A stretch of DNA of 64,000 nt from Patescibacteria group bacterium (GTDB lineage: Bacteria > Patescibacteriota > Microgenomatia > 2-02-FULL-39-11), in NCBI GenBank assembly GCA_023379265.1, contig JAMCUI010000013.1, forward strand, positions 11,576 through 75,575, given 5' to 3'. The translations under genes and the position numbers were made by a program. Below are positions 38,899 through 46,982 of this stretch, in pieces (the stretch's first letter is position 1; every line of letters starts with the position of its first letter). The notes under the pieces were generated by a model. The model saw only the letters and a list, made by a program, of their open reading frames with translations, did no database searches and had not been told where the DNA came from.

Positions 38899-39776
38899 TC
38901 CATACCTAAAAGATTGATAATCCCGTCAAAATTCGACAATACTTTTTTTATTCCTTTCTCAAACAGGATAATCGTATGGAATGAGAAAATCGGCAGATTA
39001 TGATCAAGACTGGTAATTCGCGGTTCAAAAGTAAAGGCACAGTTGTCGCTTATTTCGTATTTCTCCTGACGATTTATAAAAATTCTTGCCTCACTTATTG
39101 CTTTATTTATCTGATCAGGATTTCCCGAATTTACTTTGCTTGTTTCAGCTTTATCAGGATCCCTGTCGATAAAGGGGACAGTATGCCCAAAATCAAATCC
39201 GGTTTTATCTGTTTTTCCAACAACAAAACTAACCAAATTATGGTTTTTCAATGTCTTCTCGGAAAATACACACAATTCCTGGAAAGTCATTCCGGCTTTA
39301 ATACTGTCTATCAGTTCAGTATAGACCACATAACTTTTTCTGTAATGGTCTCTCATTTTAACCATTTCACCCAAATAATAAGTCATACCAAAATCGCCTA
39401 TAATTGGCAGGTTCTGGAACATCGTATACGGAGAAACAAATATGTAGCCGAATCCCTCATTTTGGAAAAAAACATCAGGCCTTGGCCAATACTTTTTATC
39501 CCGCAATGTCGGATAATTCAGTCGATTGTAGTCTTCTTCTTTGCAAAAAATAGAAGCGATACCACCAGGCGGCGGATCATACCAGCAATCAATAAAACCG
39601 CTTTTCCATTCTTTCTCCAATTCCTTATTCCACCTGTTCCTGAAATTCATTTCAGATATTTTTTCTTTTTTATTTACGATCTGCTGTAATGTCAAAAGAC
39701 ATGTATGAGCGGCGATATTCCTTATCTTAATACAGGCTTCAAGCCTGACTGCCTTATGGTCGTTATTTATTCCCAT
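38883..39776 (-). CDS. M24 (pita-bread fold) peptidase-like protein embedded in the pur operon
   Basis: GDFGMT, IKAGMTF, FGHTVP, FTFEPRI, FHTII. Confidence 0.65.
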   Translation of the reverse strand: MGINNDHKAVRLEACIKIRNIAAHTCLLTLQQIVNKKEKISEMNFRNRWNKELEKEWKSGFIDCWYDPPPGGIASIFCKEEDYNRLNYPTLRDKKYWPRPDVFFQNEGFGYIFVSPYTMFQNLPIIGDFGMTYYLGEMVKMRDHYRKSYVVYTELIDSIKAGMTFQELCVFSEKTLKNHNLVSFVVGKTDKTGFDFGHTVPFIDRDPDKAETSKVNSGNPDQINKAISEARIFINRQEKYEISDNCAFTFEPRITSLDHNLPIFSFHTIILFEKGIKKVLSNFDGIINLLGMEWLRE

Positions 39777-41734
39777 AAACTCTCCTCTAATCCTTTCAGC
39801 CCGATATCTTTTCTATAATGCATCCCGGAAAAATGAATGACTTTTTTACCTATATTTCCGTAAGTAAGTTTCATAGCTTTTGCCAAATTACTACCTTTTC
39901 CCGTCACACCCAGGACTCTACCGGAATTTGTCAATATTTTACCCTTTTCCTCTTTTGTCCCTGAATGAAACACGGATAGATGATTATCCAAGTCCGCACT
40001 GTCCAAACCTTTGACTACATCACCTTTTCTGTACTTCCCTGGATATCCTTTTGAGGAAAGGACTACGCATACGGCTGCACCTTTTTGCCAGGCAAGTTTC
40101 AGGTTTTTCACCTTTTTCGCCAGTATTGCCTGGCATATTTCCATTAGGTCATTTTTCAGAAGCATCATAAGAGGCTGAGTTTCCGGATCGCCAAAACGGC
40201 AATTAAATTCCAAAACCTTTGGTCCTTCATCAGTCAAAATCAGGCCAGGATAAAGGATTCCTTCATAAAGGCAACCCTCTTTCCTTAATGCTTCAATTGT
40301 GGGTCTGACTATATCTTTTTCTATCCGTTTTAGCAGTTTTTTGTGCAAAAAGGGAACAGGAGCATAAGCGCCCATCCCCCCGGTATTTGGGCCCTTATCT
40401 TTATCATTGATCTTTTTATGGTCCTGTGAAGGAAGCAGAGAGACGAAATTGAAACCGTCTGTAACCACCATAAATGATATTTCCTGTCCACAAAGGTATT
40501 CCTCGACTAACACTCTTTTGCCTTCATCGCCGAATATTTTTCTTACCATAACATCCTTCAAAAAACTTTGCGCTTCCAGGCTGTTCTTGCAGACTGCAAC
40601 TCCCTTACCAAAACACTGCCCTTCTGCCTTTATAACCAATGGATATTTTTGCGTCTTCAAAAATTCTCTGGCGTATTTGTAATCATCAAAAATGGCGAAT
40701 TCCCCCGTGGGGATTTTATATTTCAGCATCAATTTCTTGGCAAATACTTTTGATCCTTCAATTGCAGCGGCGTTTTTTCTAGGACCGATAATTTTGAGGT
40801 CATTTTTTTGGAAAAGATCAGCAATTCCTGCTATTAGCGGTGCTTCAGGACCGACGAAGGTCAGGTCAATTTTCTCTTTCTTGGCAAATCTCAAAAGGCC
40901 ATCTATGTCACTTGAGGATATTTCAACATTTTGGGCAATCTTTTTGGTACCCGGATTACCGGGCGCACAAAATATTTTTGACACCTTTTTCGATTGCGAA
41001 AACCTCCAGGCAAGCGCGTGTTCCCTTCCCCCTGATCCAATAATAAGAATTTTCATTTTTCCATCATCTCCATTTTTGTCTCCAATTTTTCCTTCACAAA
41101 ATAAATTTATTGCTTTTGGCAGTATATTATGCTCTTCTTTTTTCATCCTTTCATAAAGCCTCCCAACAGTATCATCAGCCATTATTCTGACTTCGCTTCT
41201 TATGATAACCGGCCCCTGATCCACTTTCTCTGTTATGAAATGGACAGTTGATCCTGTAACAGGAAAATGGTGATCTATGGCGTATTGTACTGCTGCATCT
41301 GTATGCAGACCGCGTATGGCTTTTATCTTTTTGCCGTCCCTTAATGTTACGAAATCCTCATCCCCGTCGGGTAAAAGTCCGGGATGAAGGTTCATTATAC
41401 GGTTTGGGAAATATTTGATGAAATTTCCGGAAAGGATAAGCATCCACCCGGCCAAAACAATAAGATCTGGCTGGAATTTTTTCTTTACAAATTTGCCTAG
41501 ATCGTCATCATATTCATTTCTGCTTTTACCTTTTCTTTTATACTCACTCAAATCCCTTATGATTGTCTGTATTCCTGCCTTTTTGGCAATATTCAAGCCG
41601 AGAGCATCTTTTTTGTTTGAGACTACCACCACGATTTTCCCATTTCTGATTTTCTTTTTATGGATAGCCTCGATAATCGCGTCAAGATTGGAACCGGTGC
41701 CTTTATCAGAAATAAATACAGCAATTTTTTTCAT
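39767..41734 (-). CDS. purD: Fused GAR transformylase PurN / GAR synthetase PurD
   Basis: N-terminal GSNLDAI, LAGWM, NLHPGLLP, TVHF, VDQGP; C-terminal MKILIIGSGGREHAL, GPNTGGMGAY, EFNCRFGDPE. Confidence 0.93.
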   Translation of the reverse strand: MKKIAVFISDKGTGSNLDAIIEAIHKKKIRNGKIVVVVSNKKDALGLNIAKKAGIQTIIRDLSEYKRKGKSRNEYDDDLGKFVKKKFQPDLIVLAGWMLILSGNFIKYFPNRIMNLHPGLLPDGDEDFVTLRDGKKIKAIRGLHTDAAVQYAIDHHFPVTGSTVHFITEKVDQGPVIIRSEVRIMADDTVGRLYERMKKEEHNILPKAINLFCEGKIGDKNGDDGKMKILIIGSGGREHALAWRFSQSKKVSKIFCAPGNPGTKKIAQNVEISSSDIDGLLRFAKKEKIDLTFVGPEAPLIAGIADLFQKNDLKIIGPRKNAAAIEGSKVFAKKLMLKYKIPTGEFAIFDDYKYAREFLKTQKYPLVIKAEGQCFGKGVAVCKNSLEAQSFLKDVMVRKIFGDEGKRVLVEEYLCGQEISFMVVTDGFNFVSLLPSQDHKKINDKDKGPNTGGMGAYAPVPFLHKKLLKRIEKDIVRPTIEALRKEGCLYEGILYPGLILTDEGPKVLEFNCRFGDPETQPLMMLLKNDLMEICQAILAKKVKNLKLAWQKGAAVCVVLSSKGYPGKYRKGDVVKGLDSADLDNHLSVFHSGTKEEKGKILTNSGRVLGVTGKGSNLAKAMKLTYGNIGKKVIHFSGMHYRKDIGLKGLEESLWE

Positions 41735-41815
41735 TCACTGACAAACCAACCTTCTCCTAAAGCAGAGATTGTCTTCTTCTGTAACAAAATCGGCATTCGC
41801 ATTGACGGTTCTTGT

Positions 41816-43156
41816 TTAACCTTCTCCTGGAACAGGAAATTTACTTGAGAATTTTTTTATTTCCTTACCCAGTGCCAATAGTCTCTTGTTTCCCCAAAGT
41901 TCTGCCTTAGTCTTTTTTATAAACATTGCCCTATCTTCCTTTTTTTCTGGTAAACGGAAATGGCCCACTTCCTTTACCACATCAACAATCCATTTACCAA
42001 TTTTTCTCATCTCTTTTTCTTTCATCTTCCGTGTAGTTAATATGGGCGTACCCAGACGGACGCCTGATGGGTACATCGGCGGGTTCTGGTCGTGCGGCAC
42101 TGTATTGTAATTGGCCACAATATTTGCCACTTCCAAAGCTTCAGCAACAATATTCCCTATCACCATTTGCGGCCTAAGATCGATAACTATAAGATGGCTA
42201 TCCGTTCCGTCAGTAGTCAGTTTCAAACCGTTTTCCTTCAATGTATCAGCCAATACTTTAGCGTTTGCGACAATCTGTTTGGCATACTTCTTAAATGAAG
42301 GAGTTGCTGCTTCCTTAAAACAAACCGCTATAGCCGCTGTCACGTTATCGTGTGGCCCGCCTGATAAACCCGGAAACACGGCCTTATCTATTTTTTTAGC
42401 CATTTCCGGATCACGTTTGAGACCCCTTTGTGTCACCATAAGTACCGCGCCTCTTGGACCCCTTATTGTCTTATGCGTGGTAAACATCACCACATCAGCG
42501 TATGGTGCAGGAGAAGGATACACTCCACCAGCTACCATCCCTGCTACATGCGCGATATCGGCTAAAAAGAATGCACCCACGCTATCAGCTATTTCCCGCC
42601 ATTTTTTCCAATCGAGGAAACGGGGATAAGCGGTGGTACCGATGGCAAGCATTTTTGGTTTTTCCTTCCTTGCTAATTTTGCGACCTTTTCCATATCTAT
42701 CCAGCCATCCGGCTCAACATCAAACTGCGTTGACCGGAAATATTTACCGGAAAACGTCACGTCAGGATGTCCATGAGTCAAATGTCCTCCTCCGGAAAGT
42801 TTTAAGCCCATGATTTTATCTCCGGGATTAAGGAGTGCAAAATATACTGCCGAGTTGGCCGGTGAACCTGAATACGGCTGGACATTGGCATGCGGAACAT
42901 TGAATAGTTTCTGGCAGCGAAGCCTTGCTAATGTCTCTATCTCATCGATATATCTATTTCCCTGATAATACCGCCGTGAAGAATATCCTTCGGAATATTT
43001 ATTTGTTAAGACTGAGCCAAGCGCTTCACGTACGGCAAGGGAAGTATAATTTTCTGATGGAATCATTTCCAAAACATCTTTTTGCCTTTGATCTTCTTTT
43101 TTTATCCAACCTGCTATTTCCGGATCTTCTTTAGTTAAATTTTTTAAGCTTATCAT
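41816..43156 (-). CDS. glyA: Serine hydroxymethyltransferase
   Basis: SENY, NKYSEGY, GGHLTHG, TTHKTIRGPRG. Confidence 0.97.
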   Translation of the reverse strand: MISLKNLTKEDPEIAGWIKKEDQRQKDVLEMIPSENYTSLAVREALGSVLTNKYSEGYSSRRYYQGNRYIDEIETLARLRCQKLFNVPHANVQPYSGSPANSAVYFALLNPGDKIMGLKLSGGGHLTHGHPDVTFSGKYFRSTQFDVEPDGWIDMEKVAKLARKEKPKMLAIGTTAYPRFLDWKKWREIADSVGAFFLADIAHVAGMVAGGVYPSPAPYADVVMFTTHKTIRGPRGAVLMVTQRGLKRDPEMAKKIDKAVFPGLSGGPHDNVTAAIAVCFKEAATPSFKKYAKQIVANAKVLADTLKENGLKLTTDGTDSHLIVIDLRPQMVIGNIVAEALEVANIVANYNTVPHDQNPPMYPSGVRLGTPILTTRKMKEKEMRKIGKWIVDVVKEVGHFRLPEKKEDRAMFIKKTKAELWGNKRLLALGKEIKKFSSKFPVPGEG

Positions 43157-43258
43157 ATTATCTCCTTAAATTGTTTAATACAATAACTTTATAACTTTCC
43201 AAGCCTTCAAACTTTATGAACTTTTAAACTGATTATTATGTCAGATCATATATGAAAG

Positions 43259-43284
43259 CGTTTTTCCTTATATCAGGAAAAACG
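43259..43284 (-). terminator. 10-bp hairpin just after purF
   Basis: CGTTTTTCCT-TATATC-AGGAAAAACG. Confidence 0.45.
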
Positions 43285-43291
43285 TCCTCTT

Positions 43292-44710
43292 CTAACAATT
43301 ACTCTCAAAAACATTTTTCCTGAAATTTGTATTGACTTTTACTGGATATTCTCCGCTAAAACAGGCGTGACAAAGGTTATTCTTATCTTGCCGGGAAGCT
43401 TCAATCAGTCCCGAAAGACTCAAATAGTGCAAAGAGTCTGCCCCGATATACTTTTTTATCTGTGAGACTGTTTTGCCGTTGGCAATAAACTGTTTCTTAT
43501 CCGGAGTATCGACACCATAATAACACGGCCAGCGTATCGGCGGAGAGGTAATACGTAAATGTATTTCGGCAATACCGCATTTTCTTAACACCTCTACAAT
43601 TTTCTTCATCGTCGTCCCCCTGACAATTGAATCATCAACTATCACTATTCGTTTTCCTTCAATAATTTTTCTCATAGGGTTGAATTTTATTTTTACCCCC
43701 TGTTCCCTTATGTGCTGTTCAGGCTGGATGAATGTCCTGCCTATATATCGGTTTTTTATTAACACTTCCCCAAATGGTATGCCAAGAGCCCTAGCAAAAC
43801 CTATTGCAGCTGAAGTACCCGAATCAGGTACAGCCGCTACCAAATCCGCCTTGACGGGTGCCTCTTTGGCCAGTATCTGCCCACTTCGTGTTCTGACCTC
43901 GTGGACCAATTGCTGATTAAAAATACTGTCAGGACGAGCCAAATATACATATTCGAAAAGGCAGAATTTTCTGTTTGGTTTTGCTATATAGCCCAACACT
44001 CTGAATCCCTTTTTCCCCACCTCAATTACTTCTCCTGGGTTCACATCCCTTATATATCGCGCCCCAATAGTTTCCAGAGCGCATGTTTCTGATGCTACTG
44101 CATAATAGCCATTCAGGCGGCCGATAACAAGAGGTCTTATACCCCATGGATCACGAAAAGCATAAAGTCTTTTTTTAGAACAGGCGACTATCGAATAAGC
44201 CCCTTGAAATAGCGGCGCGGCGTTCATAATTTTCTCTGACCATTTCATACCTTTTGCTTTGTTTATAGTATGCACCAAGACTTCAGTATCGCTTGTTGAA
44301 ATGCGCTTCTGATTTCCCAATTTTTTGGAAAGTTCAAGAGCGTTTACTATATTGCCATTGTGGGAAGCCGCAAAGACTTTGCCCCTGCTGGAAATGATCA
44401 CAGGTTGTATATTGTTTTTTGTATTCCCGCCGGTAGTAGAATATCTATTATGCCCGATGGCAATATAGCCCTTTAATTTATTAAGGTTATTCTCATTAAA
44501 AACTGAAGTGACTAACCCTAAATTTCGGATGCTTCTTAGCTTTCCGCCGTCAGATACGGCAATACCAGCACTCTCCTGTCCACGGTGCTGCAGACTGTGC
44601 AAGGCAAAATACGTAATCTTGGACACTTCTTCACCGGGAGCATAGATGCCGAAAACTCCGCAATGATCTTTAAGCGCCTCCTGCCTTTTCAGACTGAGAA
44701 TATCAATCAT
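43292..44710 (-). CDS. purF: Amidophosphoribosyltransferase
   Basis: CGVFG, LQHRGQESAG, GHNRYSTTG, VDDSIVRGTT. Confidence 0.98.
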   Translation of the reverse strand: MIDILSLKRQEALKDHCGVFGIYAPGEEVSKITYFALHSLQHRGQESAGIAVSDGGKLRSIRNLGLVTSVFNENNLNKLKGYIAIGHNRYSTTGGNTKNNIQPVIISSRGKVFAASHNGNIVNALELSKKLGNQKRISTSDTEVLVHTINKAKGMKWSEKIMNAAPLFQGAYSIVACSKKRLYAFRDPWGIRPLVIGRLNGYYAVASETCALETIGARYIRDVNPGEVIEVGKKGFRVLGYIAKPNRKFCLFEYVYLARPDSIFNQQLVHEVRTRSGQILAKEAPVKADLVAAVPDSGTSAAIGFARALGIPFGEVLIKNRYIGRTFIQPEQHIREQGVKIKFNPMRKIIEGKRIVIVDDSIVRGTTMKKIVEVLRKCGIAEIHLRITSPPIRWPCYYGVDTPDKKQFIANGKTVSQIKKYIGADSLHYLSLSGLIEASRQDKNNLCHACFSGEYPVKVNTNFRKNVFESNC

Positions 44711-45165
44711 AAGCTCTTGTCCTCTGATATAACCTTATCCCTTAAACTTTTTTGATAATCTCTGATTTTATTTCTTAACCTGACATTAGTTGAAGCAAGT
44801 ATTTTAGCTGCAGCAACCGCTGCCTGTTCTGGCTCAAGCACTGTTACGGCGCCAACACCTGAAGGCATCCGTAGACTTGAGAGAATATCCATACCTGAAT
44901 ATTTATCGCTATAGGGGGGGCAATTTATAACCGGATGTGCCGTTTGTGCATCAACATAACCTCCAAGAGCATTTGACCGGCCGGCCACACAGATATAGAC
45001 TACATCTTCTTTTTCATATTTTTTTACGATACCCGAAAGGTATTCCGGAGTCTTATGTGCCGATCCTATTCTGATTTTGTTTTCAACTTCCAGCCCTTTC
45101 AAACTTTGGGAAATTTTCTCTCCCCAAGGCAAATCAGATTTTGACCCCAAAATAATTACAACCAT
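44707..45165 (-). CDS. purE: AIR carboxylase PurE (class II-like)
   Basis: GSKSD, SAHK, AGRSNAL, PVINCPP, SSLRMPSG. Confidence 0.92.
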   Translation of the reverse strand: MVVIILGSKSDLPWGEKISQSLKGLEVENKIRIGSAHKTPEYLSGIVKKYEKEDVVYICVAGRSNALGGYVDAQTAHPVINCPPYSDKYSGMDILSSLRMPSGVGAVTVLEPEQAAVAAAKILASTNVRLRNKIRDYQKSLRDKVISEDKSL

Positions 45166-45178
45166 ATTATTTCTCCTT

Positions 45179-46144
45179 TCACGAAAAATATTTTTTTATA
45201 CTTAATGCAATTTCTTTCACAAGCGGGTATTTACCAGCGATAAATTTCCTGCCGGTAATCATTTCGTAAATTTTTATATATCTTTCTGAAGTTGCAATTT
45301 GCAGCTCTTTTGACATGTTCGGTGGTTCCCCATCTCCACGGTAATTCTTTTTAGCGTACCAAAGCCTCAAAAATTCCTTATCAAAGTTCTCAGGTTCCAA
45401 TCCTTTTGCGAATCTTTCTCTATAAGTATCGGCTTTCCAAAATCTTGAAGAGTCGGGTGTATGGATTTCATCAATCAACATAAGCTGTCCATTGTAATCG
45501 GCAAACTCATACTTGGTATCAACCAGAATTAAACCCTTCCTTTTGCAGATATCACTTCCCCTGGCAAAAAGTGCTAGAGCTGCTTTTTCCATTTTATGGT
45601 ATATATCCGGTTTCACCAGTTTGCGTGAAATTATCTCTTCTCTAGTCAACCTCTCGTCATGCGCACCATGCTCAGCTTTGGTAGTTGGGGTAATCACTGG
45701 TCTCTCAAGCTTTTGGTTTTTACTTAAACCATGGGGAAACTTTATCCCATAAATCACTCTTTCCCCGCTTTCATATGCTTTCCAGATTGAAGTTTTTGTT
45801 ACCCCTGAAATATAACCTCTAACAACCATCTCGACTGGATATGGCCTGGCGTTCTTGGCCACGGCGACATTAGGGTGGGGAACTGAAACCAAATGATTGG
45901 CTACAATATCCTTTGTCTTTTCAAACCAAAATTGGGAAAGCTGGTTTAACACCTGCCCTTTATAAGGGATGTATCCCAAAACCCTGTCGAAAGCGGAAAT
46001 TCTGTCGGTTGTAATAAGTATCCTGTAATCTCCAAATAAATATATATCCCGGACTTTACCCTGATGTTTATCGCCAAATCCTGATAGCTCTATTGTTCTT
46101 AGAAGATGTTTGATTGATTTCTGAATTGTATTCTTTTTCAGCAT
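45179..46144 (-). CDS. purC: SAICAR synthetase
   Basis: GKVRDIY, TDRISAFD, TPTTKA, LVDTKYEF, DEIHTPDSSRFW. Confidence 0.97.
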   Translation of the reverse strand: MLKKNTIQKSIKHLLRTIELSGFGDKHQGKVRDIYLFGDYRILITTDRISAFDRVLGYIPYKGQVLNQLSQFWFEKTKDIVANHLVSVPHPNVAVAKNARPYPVEMVVRGYISGVTKTSIWKAYESGERVIYGIKFPHGLSKNQKLERPVITPTTKAEHGAHDERLTREEIISRKLVKPDIYHKMEKAALALFARGSDICKRKGLILVDTKYEFADYNGQLMLIDEIHTPDSSRFWKADTYRERFAKGLEPENFDKEFLRLWYAKKNYRGDGEPPNMSKELQIATSERYIKIYEMITGRKFIAGKYPLVKEIALSIKKYFS

Positions 46145-46180
46145 ATTACTTCTCCTTTTTAAATTAATAATTGTCAAATT

Positions 46181-46981
46181 TCAATGAAGAAAATAGTTAA
46201 CCGCATTCCTAAAAATCTGTGCACTATCAGAGTATAAGGGAAACTTCTTCCCAAGACGTTTACATTTCTCCTTTATTACTCCCCAATCAGGACGCTGAAA
46301 AGCATAAATTCCCCGTTCTGGATGAGGCATCATGCCAAGTATCCTCCCGCTTTCGTCAATAATTCCTGCAATATCTTTCGTAGAGCCGTTGGGATTGGCA
46401 GCATAATCCAAGTATGTGCTCATTTTCCCTTTGGTATACACTAAGGCAATTAGCTTCCTTTGTCTTATTTTTTCCAAATTCTCAGGGGTTGCATAAAATT
46501 TGCCCTCGCCGTGTGCAATCGGCGCAGAAAAAGTATCCATACCGGCCAACCAGGGACTTTTTGCCGACACTTTCATGTCAACCCAGCGGCAAATAAGACG
46601 TGCCGTACGGTTGGGTAACAGTGCCGCCTGAACTTGACCATATCTTTTTTCCAATGCAGGAACCATCCCCAAATTCACCAATATTTGGAAACCGTTACAT
46701 ATGCCTATCACCAACTTATCCCCATTTATAAATTTCTGTATTCCGTCCCAAAGATGGTTTTTCAACTTATGTGCATATGCGTTGCCTGCACCTGTATCAT
46801 CCCCGTAAGAAAAACCTCCGGGTAAAGCCAATATTTGGTATTTTCCCAATGCGCAGTAGCCATCGATAAGGTCATTTATATGAACAATATCAGCCTTTGC
46901 ACCGAAAAGTTCGAAGCAGTATTTTGTTTCTTCTTCCGAATGGATACCGTAACCTGAAAAAACTAAAACTTTCGGTTTCAT
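46181..46981 (-). CDS. purQ: FGAM synthase glutaminase subunit
   Basis: PGGFSYGDD, GICNGFQ, AHGEG, NPNGS, MMPHPER. Confidence 0.96.
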   Translation of the reverse strand: MKPKVLVFSGYGIHSEEETKYCFELFGAKADIVHINDLIDGYCALGKYQILALPGGFSYGDDTGAGNAYAHKLKNHLWDGIQKFINGDKLVIGICNGFQILVNLGMVPALEKRYGQVQAALLPNRTARLICRWVDMKVSAKSPWLAGMDTFSAPIAHGEGKFYATPENLEKIRQRKLIALVYTKGKMSTYLDYAANPNGSTKDIAGIIDESGRILGMMPHPERGIYAFQRPDWGVIKEKCKRLGKKFPLYSDSAQIFRNAVNYFLH

Positions 46982-46982
46982 A

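Noticed and set aside
39000-39689. 229-aa + strand ORF
   Set aside because: Lies wholly antisense to the M24-like gene, has I/F-rich shadow composition and no motif
43184-43230. Short AACTTT-type tandem repeats upstream of glyA (and TGAGTTA-type at 4272-4292)
   Set aside because: Low-complexity intergenic microrepeats with no supportable function
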